64,000 nt of DNA, from assembly GCA_031379885.1 (NCBI GenBank), contig JANNFN010000181.1:1605-65604 (forward strand), in the 5' to 3' direction. Source of the DNA: Methylotenera sp. (GTDB lineage: Bacteria > Pseudomonadota > Gammaproteobacteria > Burkholderiales > Methylophilaceae). Below, in pieces: positions 1-7,701 of this stretch (positions are counted from its first letter, which is position 1; each line of letters begins with the position of its first letter). The position numbers were made by a program, and so were the translations under genes. Under the pieces are notes generated by a model that saw only the letters and a list, made by a program, of their open reading frames with translations, searched no databases and was not told where the DNA came from.

Positions 1-138
1 ATCTTCTACTGCGTTAATGAAAAAGTAATCTTCTTTACTCATTTCATTTAGTTTGGCTACTTCTTCTTTAGCCACTTCGAAGTTAAGAAATGCATACTCT
101 AGTTCGTTTTGTTTGTTGATCACTTGGTAAATAGTCAT
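1..138 (-). CDS. small acidic protein, paralog P1 of an unannotated ~50-aa family (3' end runs off the window)
   Basis: Hand translation MTIYQVINKQNELEYAFLNFEVAKEEVAKLNEMSKEDYFFINAVED...; SD AAGGAG 6 nt before ATG; ungapped alignment with the ORFs at 1130, 6143 and 7083. Confidence 0.85.
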   Translation of the reverse strand, partial: MTIYQVINKQNELEYAFLNFEVAKEEVAKLNEMSKEDYFFINAVED

Positions 139-185
139 TTTGTCGCTCCTTAAATATTTAATTTAATTACCTACAGTAAATATTT

Positions 186-201
186 AGCAATTAGCAGACC
201 A
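186..201 (-). promoter_or_regulatory. putative sigma54 (-24/-12) promoter for P1
   Basis: Minus strand TGGTCTGCTAATTGCT (GG-N10-GC), 48 nt upstream of ATG; the adjacent TATTTAGCAA is identical to that upstream of P3. Confidence 0.55.
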
Positions 202-375
202 GCAATATGATTATTTAAATTTAGTGTTATATTTCAATAAGTTAAAATAAATTAATAGGTTTTTTGATGATAGTTTTGGGTGGGTTTTAGTTAAGTTTTG
301 TTCGAGAGTTCGACAGGACTGTGCAAATTTAGACAATTTGTACTAAATGCATACACAATTAACGTATATTCAGGC

Positions 376-412
376 TGCCCTGCAACCCAATATCCATGTG
401 GCTTGCAGGGCA
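376..412. repeat. 37-bp imperfect palindrome, copy 1 of a dispersed REP-like element; may also act as a terminator
   Basis: Reverse complement TGCCCTGCAAGCCACATGGATATTGGGTTGCAGGGCA matches 6559-6595 at 31/37 positions. Confidence 0.7.
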
Positions 413-468
413 GCCGTTTTTAGCTATTTAAACCCAAACGTGTTGTTTAAACTATTTGCGCTTGTGCA

Positions 469-885
469 TTAAGCTTTAGCTGCACTGAATAAGCGTGTAA
501 ATTCCATCTGATTTTTGCTAGAAGTGGAGCGGAATTTGGTTTTTAATAATTCTTGTGCGTATTCTTCATTGCCAATTTGGTGCTGCGTTAGTACCTCACC
601 CGCGCACAAATGTAGCTCTGCATGCACCTTACGCGCGGTTTCATATTCTGGTAGGTGACCATATAAATTTTTGCCTTCGTCATAAAGCCATTTGCCTATC
701 GCACATAAATTATCCTGTGATAGTTCCGTGATATCTAAATTCTCACGGCTCGTGCCATCCATCTCTTTTAGCAGTTTTTTCTTTAAAGCATGGTGCGTAT
801 CAAGTACGTATTTAAGATTAATGCCAGATAAAGCCTCTGGCTTTGGTTTGGTTACTTTTTTATCAAACCAATCTAATAATGCCAT
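469..885 (-). CDS. stand-alone CZB (chemoreceptor zinc-binding) domain protein
   Basis: 3His/1Cys pattern DTHH...LCAIGKWLY...VHAELH; start moved to ATG 885, which follows SD-like AAAGGA. Confidence 0.8.
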   Translation of the reverse strand: MALLDWFDKKVTKPKPEALSGINLKYVLDTHHALKKKLLKEMDGTSRENLDITELSQDNLCAIGKWLYDEGKNLYGHLPEYETARKVHAELHLCAGEVLTQHQIGNEEYAQELLKTKFRSTSSKNQMEFTRLFSAAKA

Positions 886-924
886 TTTAATTTCCTTTAA
901 CATGCTGAACTTTAGAAAGGTCAT

Positions 925-940
925 AGCAAAGGCTGTGCCA
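925..940 (-). promoter_or_regulatory. sigma54 promoter for the CZB gene
   Basis: Minus strand TGGCACAGCCTTTGCT, full match to TGGCAC-N5-TTGCW. Confidence 0.8.
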
Positions 941-1026
941 CGCGCGAATTAATTAGATAACTAATTGAATTTTAAAGATTAAATATTTATTTGTTGCTAA
1001 GAGCTGATGCTTAATAAAATTGAATG

Positions 1027-1043
1027 TGCACATATATGGTGCG
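1027..1043. promoter_or_regulatory. NtrC-like enhancer (UAS) candidate
   Basis: TGCACATATATGGTGCG, 14/17 to TGCACCAwwwTGGTGCA, ~90 bp upstream of the sigma54 site. Confidence 0.5.
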
Positions 1044-1129
1044 CGTGCACTGAGCCATGCTCAGATTATATTGGGATTAGCCCATTCCAGCTGTTCTTGC
1101 GTGGGTGAATTGCAGAACTAAAAGCTAGA

Positions 1130-1282
1130 TTAGTTAGCTTCTTTCGGTTCAACTTCTTCTACATGGTAAAAGTGTTTGTTATCCAACGCGCTTAAGTCTT
1201 GTGCGGCGCGCATAGCTTGCTCTATCTCTGCAAATTCGCAGTAGAGTTGGTTATCTTCATTTAATACTTGGTATATGTTCAT
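1130..1282 (-). CDS. 50-aa small protein, paralog P2
   Basis: MNIYQVLNEDNQLYCEFAEIEQAMRAAQDLSALDNKHFYHVEEVEPKEAN*; homologous to P1, P3 and P4. Confidence 0.85.
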   Translation of the reverse strand: MNIYQVLNEDNQLYCEFAEIEQAMRAAQDLSALDNKHFYHVEEVEPKEAN

Positions 1283-1319
1283 TTCACAGCCTTTTATGCA
1301 CTTTGCAGTGCTTAGTGCT

Positions 1320-1346
1320 ACATCGGCATGTTTTTTATAATCTTTA
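1320..1346 (-). promoter_or_regulatory. sigma28 (FliA)-type promoter for P2
   Basis: Minus strand TAAA-N15-GCCGATGT versus consensus TAAA-N15-GCCGATAA; 38 nt upstream of ATG. Confidence 0.75.
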
Positions 1347-1425
1347 GATAAAAAGCAGATTTATGGTGTAACCTTATTTAAAGCGGTTGATTAAAAAGTT
1401 AACGATTGAAAATGGGCACTAAAAA

Positions 1426-1608
1426 ATGATGAATAAAGAAACCAGCGATAGCGCAATCACCACGCTAACGCAGTTAGTTGAAAATACTTGCTTTTGTAAG
1501 CTGAGAGAAGCTTGTAGCGATAAAAATAGCAGTGAATGTATGCGACATAGAAATATTTATGCGGAATTTATGCAGCAAAAACGCGAAGAGCGTTCTCGCA
1601 AAGCCTAA
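1426..1608 (+). CDS. hypothetical 60-aa protein with four Cys
   Basis: ORF track; CFC...C...C cluster; no family recognised. Confidence 0.5.
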   Translation: MMNKETSDSAITTLTQLVENTCFCKLREACSDKNSSECMRHRNIYAEFMQQKREERSRKA

Positions 1609-1612
1609 CAAA

Positions 1613-1810
1613 TTAAGGGATACCAATGACTTTAAGGTATTCCTCCAGCGTGAGGGTTAGCTTTTCTATCGAGCTAGTGACTTCATCTAGATGCGTGTTT
1701 GAATCAAGATGCAGTTTCTCTAACAAGGCTTTGTGTTTTTCAATCGCTTCTGCATGCTCTTGAAACTTAGCGTTTTTTAAATCTTGTTTAGTCATTGCTG
1801 GTTTCTCCAT
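1613..1810 (-). CDS. hypothetical helical small protein
   Basis: ORF track; amphipathic helical composition; follows DUF3617 on the same strand. Confidence 0.55.
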   Translation of the reverse strand: MEKPAMTKQDLKNAKFQEHAEAIEKHKALLEKLHLDSNTHLDEVTSSIEKLTLTLEEYLKVIGIP

Positions 1811-1823
1811 AAGTAAGTGATCA

Positions 1824-2348
1824 CTATAACGGTTTTACCGTTCCACAGCTTGCATTAATCCACTTACCATTGATATCTGCCCGCTCGTTCACTGGGTTGC
1901 CTTGCGCCTCACCTTTGAAATTGGTTTGGCCAGAGAAACTTTCTGGGCTTGTAACGGCGCCTTCTGCGGTTCCATTGCCTTTCAGCTCTGCACTGTTACA
2001 AACAAAGTCCACTTTGTAGTTGTTACCGTTGCGGGTTGCATTTTGAGAAGTACAGCCTAATTCGGTTTGGTAAAAATTGGGTAGCGTTTTTTGATTGGCC
2101 ATTTCTTGCGTAATACAAGCATTGGATATGGCGGCGCCATTTTCAATTTGTGGCATATCTAGTCCGTAATCTTTGGCTAAATCTTTTATGTTTTTCATTT
2201 GATCTGGTGGTATATGCGGCGCTAATAGCAACAAATCGGATGTGGTTGTAATTTGCCATAACCCAGGTCGCATGTTGAGTTCTGCTGCGTTTGCAGCAGA
2301 GGCTAACAGTGAGAATAATAAAGTAACAACCATAAAGATTTTGCGCAT
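1824..2348 (-). CDS. DUF3617-family exported protein
   Basis: Signal peptide, MRPGLWQITT motif, Cys spacing CIT...C...C...C typical of DUF3617. Confidence 0.75.
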   Translation of the reverse strand: MRKIFMVVTLLFSLLASAANAAELNMRPGLWQITTTSDLLLLAPHIPPDQMKNIKDLAKDYGLDMPQIENGAAISNACITQEMANQKTLPNFYQTELGCTSQNATRNGNNYKVDFVCNSAELKGNGTAEGAVTSPESFSGQTNFKGEAQGNPVNERADINGKWINASCGTVKPL

Positions 2349-2827
2349 TGAAGCTCCTAGCAAATGTGTGACGTACTAATTTTTAGAGGGCGTTTTAGCC
2401 AGTTAAGTTCAGCAAGACTAAGTTTCGCACCATTGCTGTGCGCTTTGCTAGCACTTTGAGTTGTAATTTTTGAATACCAAAAGTGTAAATAATTCGGCTA
2501 TATGCCATCACTTACTTTTGCTTAAAAGTAAACTTTATTGTATGGCGTAAATTTGTAGCTTATCGCCTACTTATTATATTTAATAAACCAAACACACTAG
2601 AAACCATATGCGCCAAGTCTTATAAAGCCTTGTTCACAGCCATTTTACGGGCACCGAATAAATAATTTTTATTTATCATTGAGTGCGTTAACGCACAGAT
2701 ACCTTTCTATTCTTGCATTTAAATTGCAGCTGTCACTTGTAAAATATCTATCATAAGTTAATTTTTTACCTGAATTATCCGATATATAAGTAGGTTCTAA
2801 ATATTTGTTCAATAGCGCAGAACGACT

Positions 2828-2843
2828 TGGAACGGTAATTGCT
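2828..2843 (+). promoter_or_regulatory. putative sigma54 promoter for the trypsin-TPR protease cluster
   Basis: TGGAACGGTAATTGCT (GG-N10-GC); palindromes at 2683-2696 (GTGCGTTAACGCAC) and 2714-2728 (TGCATTTAAATTGCA) lie at enhancer distance. Confidence 0.6.
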
Positions 2844-2959
2844 TAATAGAATTACATAGTCGCATTTTTTGATTTAATTTTTAGTGTTAGTTTTAATTTT
2901 TTTGTGAGGTGTATCAAACTTAATATGTAGATTGGCGACAATCTAAATTGGAGGCCATC

Positions 2960-3985
2960 ATGACAAAGCTCTGCTTTACGTTTTATTCGGCTTTATTTTA
3001 TTTGTGTTTTGCAACTTCAACGTTGGCAGCGCCAACCGATGAACTGGTGCATCAACTCAATGCTCAAGTACTGCGTGTGCAGGTTGGGCTTGCAAATGGT
3101 AGCTACGGGCTTGGTTCTGCCGTGGTGATTGCAAAAGATCAAGTCGTTACTAATTGTCATGTTGTGGCTAATGCTAATAGTATTAATGTTGTTAACAACG
3201 GTGCGCCACTGGCTGTAACTGCCATCAAGCCAGATTGGCATCACGATTTATGTATTTTAAAAGTAGAAAACCTAGATGCGCCAGTTGCAAAAATTGGCTC
3301 GAGCAAAAATCTTAAGTACGAGCAATCTGTTTTTACCATCGGTTATCCCCATTTTCAGGCTGTGCCCAGTAGCACTTATGGCGTTGTAAAAGGCCTTTAC
3401 CCAATGGATGATAGCGTGATTATTCGCGCTACTAGCACTTTTGGGCTTGGTGCCAGCGGCGGCGGTGTGTTTGATGACGAAGGTAATTTGGTAGGGGTTA
3501 TTACGCTAAAAAGCCCAGGTAGCAATGCTTATTACTACAACATGCCGGTAGAGTGGGTGCAGGCGCTATTAAATAAGCCAGAACAGGCCGTTACCGCTAA
3601 AAGTGAACAACCTTTTTGGGCGGTATCATATGATAAATGGCCGTATTTCATGCAGGTTGTTCAACCATTTATCACCGAAAATTGGGATTCGTTATTACAA
3701 ATCGCGACTAAATGGACGGAGCAAGAGCCAAATACTTTGGAGTCTTGGTTCTACTTGGCAACGGCTGAATATGCTGCAAAGGATTTTGATCATGCAGAAG
3801 TGCATATGCAAAAAGTGGTGGCAATGAATCATCAGCATAGCCAAGCAATCTATTATTTAGGCTTGATGGCAGAAGCAAGCGGCAAGCATACTTTAGCTTT
3901 AACGAATGTTGCGCTGCTGAATAATTTAGATGAAACAGTCGCAACCCAACTTAAAGTTGCGATGGGAATGACAACAGCAGAGTAA
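2960..3985 (+). CDS. exported trypsin-like serine protease with C-terminal TPR (paralog 1)
   Basis: Catalytic triad TNCHV / HDLC / GASGG; TPR-like helices; signal peptide; SD GGAGG before ATG 2960. Confidence 0.85.
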   Translation: MTKLCFTFYSALFYLCFATSTLAAPTDELVHQLNAQVLRVQVGLANGSYGLGSAVVIAKDQVVTNCHVVANANSINVVNNGAPLAVTAIKPDWHHDLCILKVENLDAPVAKIGSSKNLKYEQSVFTIGYPHFQAVPSSTYGVVKGLYPMDDSVIIRATSTFGLGASGGGVFDDEGNLVGVITLKSPGSNAYYYNMPVEWVQALLNKPEQAVTAKSEQPFWAVSYDKWPYFMQVVQPFITENWDSLLQIATKWTEQEPNTLESWFYLATAEYAAKDFDHAEVHMQKVVAMNHQHSQAIYYLGLMAEASGKHTLALTNVALLNNLDETVATQLKVAMGMTTAE

Positions 3986-4053
3986 CTATGCGCACATTCG
4001 GAACTTAAGTTATTTGACTTACTCATACGGTAGTCAATAATTTAGGAACGACT

Positions 4054-4587
4054 ATGCGTGTACTAGCTGGAGTAATTTTAATGTTGTTATCCCCACTTTC
4101 TGCTTTAGCCGACGAATGCCCCGCGCTACTTAATCATCAGTTTAAAACTTTGCAGGGTGAGTCTATTAACCTGTGCGATTATCGCGATAAGCCGATTTTA
4201 GTTGTGAATACCGCCAGCAAATGTGGATTTACCCCGCAATTTGAAAAACTGGAAGGCATGTACAGCCAATATAAAGACAAAGGCTTACTGGTGATTGGAT
4301 TTCCTTCCAACGATTTTCGCCAAGAGTTAAAAAACGATTCCGAAATTGGTAGTTTCTGTAAACTCACGTATGGCGTGAAGTTCCCCATGGTGACAAAAAG
4401 CTCAGTCAGCGGCCCAAACACTAATCCATTTTATAAAGAGTTAATTGCTGCAAGCGGACAGGCGCCAAAATGGAACTTTTATAAATATGTGATTACCCCA
4501 GGCGGCAAATCAGTGCAGAGTTTTGCTAGCACTACGCAACCAGATGACCCTGCTATTATGAAATTGATTGAGCCGTATCTTAAATAA
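4054..4587 (+). CDS. exported Cys-type glutathione peroxidase family protein
   Basis: VNTASKCGFTPQ, FPSNDF and KWNFYKY motifs; signal peptide. Confidence 0.9.
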   Translation: MRVLAGVILMLLSPLSALADECPALLNHQFKTLQGESINLCDYRDKPILVVNTASKCGFTPQFEKLEGMYSQYKDKGLLVIGFPSNDFRQELKNDSEIGSFCKLTYGVKFPMVTKSSVSGPNTNPFYKELIAASGQAPKWNFYKYVITPGGKSVQSFASTTQPDDPAIMKLIEPYLK

Positions 4588-4618
4588 ACTAGAAACACAA
4601 AATAGAAATGTGAATGCG

Positions 4619-5677
4619 ATGAATATAAATAAGTTTTCTTTGTGCTTTTTGTTGCTGAATACGATTGCAAGTGCTGGCGCCCAGGCTACCGTTTTGGTGG
4701 AGCCAACGGATGAGTTTTTACATAACTTAAAACAATCGATGGTAAAAATTGGTACTACCACTAAATCTGGTGGGCATGGTTTTGGTACTGGCATTGCAAT
4801 TAGTAAAGATCAGGTCGTAACTAACTGTCATGTGGTAAGTAACGCTAACGGGATTTCTATCAGCAAGTGGGGTACGGAATATCCTGTGGATTCTTTACAA
4901 GCAGATTGGAAACACGATTTGTGTATTCTTAAGGTGGAATATGCAGATTTGAAGCCAGTGACGATGGGCGACTCTTCAAAACTCAGTTATGAGCAGCCTA
5001 TTATCTCAATCTCTATGCCTAACGATTCACCTGCGCCTTATGTAGCGTTGAGCACCATTAAAGCGCTTTATCCATTAGACTATGTAGAAGTGATTCGTAC
5101 CCAAGCGGCATTTTCAATAGGCGCGAGCGGTAGCCCAATATTTGACTACGATGGCAAATTAATAGGCGTAAGTACGTTTAAAAGTCCAGGCAAAAAAGCC
5201 TATTTTTATAATATGCCAGTTAATTTGGTGAAAGCAGTCATGCAAACTCCGCTGGTGAAGTTAAATTCACAACATGATTTGCCATTTTGGGATGCGCCCG
5301 ATGAAGCCCGACCATTTTTTATGCAGATTGTGTTGCCCTTTCAAAATAATCGCTGGCAAGATGTTCAAAAAGTGGCCAGTCATTGGGTAGAAAAAGAGCC
5401 TAGCAATGCAGAAGCTTGGTATTACATGGGTGAAGCTGCGCAACATCTGGGGAACGGGCAAGCAGCAGCAATGCATTATCAAAAAGCATTAAGTTTGCAC
5501 CCAAACCACCCTGCCACATTGCAAGCTACTGCGTTACTGGCGCAAAAAGAGGGTAAGCAAGCAGAGACAAACAAAATTCGTTTAACACTAAAAGAAATTA
5601 ACCCAGAGCTTTTGGAAGATTTGGACAGCGCCGCGCAGGCGGAGTGCCTAGCATCCAGTAAAAGCGCTGAATGTTAA
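4619..5677 (+). CDS. exported trypsin-like serine protease with TPR (paralog 2)
   Basis: TNCHV / HDLC / GASGS triad; TPR region EAWYYMG...ALSLHPNH. Confidence 0.85.
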   Translation: MNINKFSLCFLLLNTIASAGAQATVLVEPTDEFLHNLKQSMVKIGTTTKSGGHGFGTGIAISKDQVVTNCHVVSNANGISISKWGTEYPVDSLQADWKHDLCILKVEYADLKPVTMGDSSKLSYEQPIISISMPNDSPAPYVALSTIKALYPLDYVEVIRTQAAFSIGASGSPIFDYDGKLIGVSTFKSPGKKAYFYNMPVNLVKAVMQTPLVKLNSQHDLPFWDAPDEARPFFMQIVLPFQNNRWQDVQKVASHWVEKEPSNAEAWYYMGEAAQHLGNGQAAAMHYQKALSLHPNHPATLQATALLAQKEGKQAETNKIRLTLKEINPELLEDLDSAAQAECLASSKSAEC

Positions 5678-5686
5678 GAACTCCAC

Positions 5687-6106
5687 ATGAAACGGCTGCT
5701 AACATTTGGCTTACCAATATTGGCAATTATTACCATGGCTATATATCGGTATGAGGATATGGGCGCTGAAAATCTATCGCAACAAATTTCGAAGCTAGAA
5801 AAAATTGGTGATGAATGTGATCTGATTGCAGAAAAGGCTGCGATGCACTTGCCCGAAGCGTTGCCATTTCAAAAATTAGAAAAGGCTGGAAGGCGAGCAA
5901 GGGTGCTAGAAGATTGTATGCATGATAGAGCTTACTTAGAAAACCCTGCTTGGACTAAGTTTGCAAAGCCAGAGGCACAAAAAAATGCGCAAACTCAGCA
6001 CATATCTTACGATGAGGCATATGAAGCCTTAAGGCGCATGAGCATGCTAGCGTTTAAGACGACTAAAGGTGAGCCGTTATATTGGGTTCAGGCTAAAGCT
6101 AATTAG
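5687..6106 (+). CDS. hypothetical membrane-anchored protein
   Basis: N-terminal hydrophobic segment, two Cys; 9 nt after the protease stop. Confidence 0.65.
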   Translation: MKRLLTFGLPILAIITMAIYRYEDMGAENLSQQISKLEKIGDECDLIAEKAAMHLPEALPFQKLEKAGRRARVLEDCMHDRAYLENPAWTKFAKPEAQKNAQTQHISYDEAYEALRRMSMLAFKTTKGEPLYWVQAKAN

Positions 6107-6142
6107 TTAAAGCGGCTGGTGCAATATTAAACCAGAAATACA

Positions 6143-6292
6143 CTACTTATCTTCGAACTCTACTGCCTCAACGTAAAAATAATGATCTTCTTGGCTCTCG
6201 TTGAGCATTTCAACTTCCTGTGTAGCATTTTGTAAGGTGAGAAATGCATAAATCGGACGATTTTGCTCATTCATTATTTGATAAATGGTCAT
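6143..6292 (-). CDS. 49-aa small protein, paralog P3
   Basis: MTIYQIMNEQNRPIYAFLTLQNATQEVEMLNESQEDHYFYVEAVEFEDK*; SD AAGGAG; closest to P1. Confidence 0.85.
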   Translation of the reverse strand: MTIYQIMNEQNRPIYAFLTLQNATQEVEMLNESQEDHYFYVEAVEFEDK

Positions 6293-6345
6293 ATTGCGCT
6301 CCTTAAATCTTCATTAATAATCTCGTACTATACTTAAACTTATTT

Positions 6346-6361
6346 AGCAAAAATCAAGCCA
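6346..6361 (-). promoter_or_regulatory. putative sigma54 promoter for P3
   Basis: Minus strand TGGCTTGATTTTTGCT (GG-N10-GC), 54 nt upstream of ATG. Confidence 0.65.
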
Positions 6362-6468
6362 AAAAATTCAATTGATTCAATAACTTATTTAAAATATATA
6401 ACTCAATTATTATTCATTGGGTTACTTATTACATTTAAGGTAAATTCTAGAAATGTACCAGGTACTTA

Positions 6469-6485
6469 TGCATCAAATTTGTGCA
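6469..6485. promoter_or_regulatory. NtrC-like enhancer candidate for P3
   Basis: TGCATCAAATTTGTGCA, 15/17 to TGCACCAwwwTGGTGCA, ~110 bp upstream of the sigma54 site. Confidence 0.55.
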
Positions 6486-6558
6486 GGCTTGCGAATATTG
6501 CAATCAATTGATGACATTTCTATGTATTTTTAGGCGATATAAAAACTTAATATATAGA

Positions 6559-6595
6559 TGCCTTGTAAGCCTCATGGATACTGCCTTGCAGGGCA
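6559..6595. repeat. 37-bp REP-like palindrome, copy 2
   Basis: TGCCTTGTAAGCCTCATGGATACTGCCTTGCAGGGCA, 5 nt after the stop of the 6601 gene. Confidence 0.7.
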
Positions 6596-6600
6596 TCCAT

Positions 6601-6993
6601 TTAGATAGCCTTAATCTCACTTTTAATCACGTTGATAACACCGGCAAAAATCATGATGTATTCCACAATTAAAAGCATAAAAAGTTTATCTTCTGGGGCG
6701 CCTGTAAGCGTGGTTAATGTCAGCGAGAGTGCATTGATGACAACGCTAATTAAAATAATGAGACCTATTAATTTGTTTCTTAAGCCAAAAAGATAAAATG
6801 GGGCTATAAAACTCAAGCCAAAAAGTGTTTGAACATCAATGCCACCGTTGATGTTTTTATTGGCGAGATTGAGCGCAATATACAAGATAATCAGTAAGCA
6901 AGCGGCAGGTAGCTTTGTTGGCATGCCTGCGCCATTATGTTTTAATCCAAGCGCAAGCCAAGCATGAGTCAATATTGCAGCAATCAGTTTCAT
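6601..6993 (-). CDS. hypothetical integral membrane protein (~4 TM)
   Basis: Hydrophobic segments; start moved to ATG 6993 after SD GGAGG. Confidence 0.7.
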   Translation of the reverse strand: MKLIAAILTHAWLALGLKHNGAGMPTKLPAACLLIILYIALNLANKNINGGIDVQTLFGLSFIAPFYLFGLRNKLIGLIILISVVINALSLTLTTLTGAPEDKLFMLLIVEYIMIFAGVINVIKSEIKAI

Positions 6994-7082
6994 TTCAGCC
7001 TCCGAATACACTTGTAAAGCGCATTTAGCGCGCATTAATCTACACAAATACCTTGAGGATGCTTATTCTGAAATCTTACAAA

Positions 7083-7232
7083 TTAGGCCAATTCCAGTGC
7101 CAGCTCTTCTACATGGTAGTAGTGTTCATCATCCCAAACGGTAAGATCTAGCGCGCAATCCAAGGCGTGATCTAAATCTGAATATTCACGATACAGTTTG
7201 TTTTCTTCATTAAGTACTTGGTAGATTTTCAT
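7083..7232 (-). CDS. 49-aa small protein, paralog P4
   Basis: MKIYQVLNEENKLYREYSDLDHALDCALDLTVWDDEHYYHVEELALELA*; SD GGAGG; closest to P2. Confidence 0.85.
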   Translation of the reverse strand: MKIYQVLNEENKLYREYSDLDHALDCALDLTVWDDEHYYHVEELALELA

Positions 7233-7271
7233 CTGACACCTCCTTAATAATCTTAAGTAGCGTTAAGTATT

Positions 7272-7298
7272 ACATCGGCATGTTTGAAATAAACTTTA
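7272..7298 (-). promoter_or_regulatory. sigma28 (FliA)-type promoter for P4
   Basis: Minus strand TAAAGTTT-N11-GCCGATGT, 40 nt upstream of ATG; same motif as upstream of P2. Confidence 0.8.
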
Positions 7299-7593
7299 GA
7301 TTAAAAGCAAAAATGATGCTTATTTATTAGTTTGGTTTATATGGCTTTCAACTTGTGTAAGTAGGGTGTAACGATAAGCTGACATTATTTTTAATTCATA
7401 TTTGTTGCTACATTCAGACAATGTTCACAACTCACAATATATAAACGCCCTATGTTATTGACGCAAAGAGGCATTTTGTGCGAGTATGAAAAACCTAGGC
7501 AATGTACGGACAGTGCGTATATGGAATTATTTGTCTTCGCCCAAGCGCGACTGAATGAATGATGATCGTTTACAAGGAGAACAGAACTTGAAA

Positions 7594-7683
7594 ATGACGA
7601 TACAACAGTATATTGAGGGGTTTAATCGCCCTGTGTGCCTGAGAGGTTATCAGGCCTTGGAATTTAAGCTTGAGTCTGCTTAA
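7594..7683 (+). CDS. possible 29-aa ORF directly upstream of the AsmA-like gene
   Basis: MTIQQYIEGFNRPVCLRGYQALEFKLESA*; AAGGAG upstream, spaced best for an in-frame TTG at 7588. Confidence 0.35.
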   Translation: MTIQQYIEGFNRPVCLRGYQALEFKLESA

Positions 7684-7701
7684 AGCTTAAACCACATAAA
7701 G

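Noticed and set aside
376-412. 37-bp palindrome as a CRISPR repeat
   Set aside because: Copies are isolated kilobases apart with no spacers and no cas genes
6481-6672. 63-aa plus-strand ORF
   Set aside because: Runs across the enhancer site, the REP-like palindrome and the 3' end of an opposite gene; no SD
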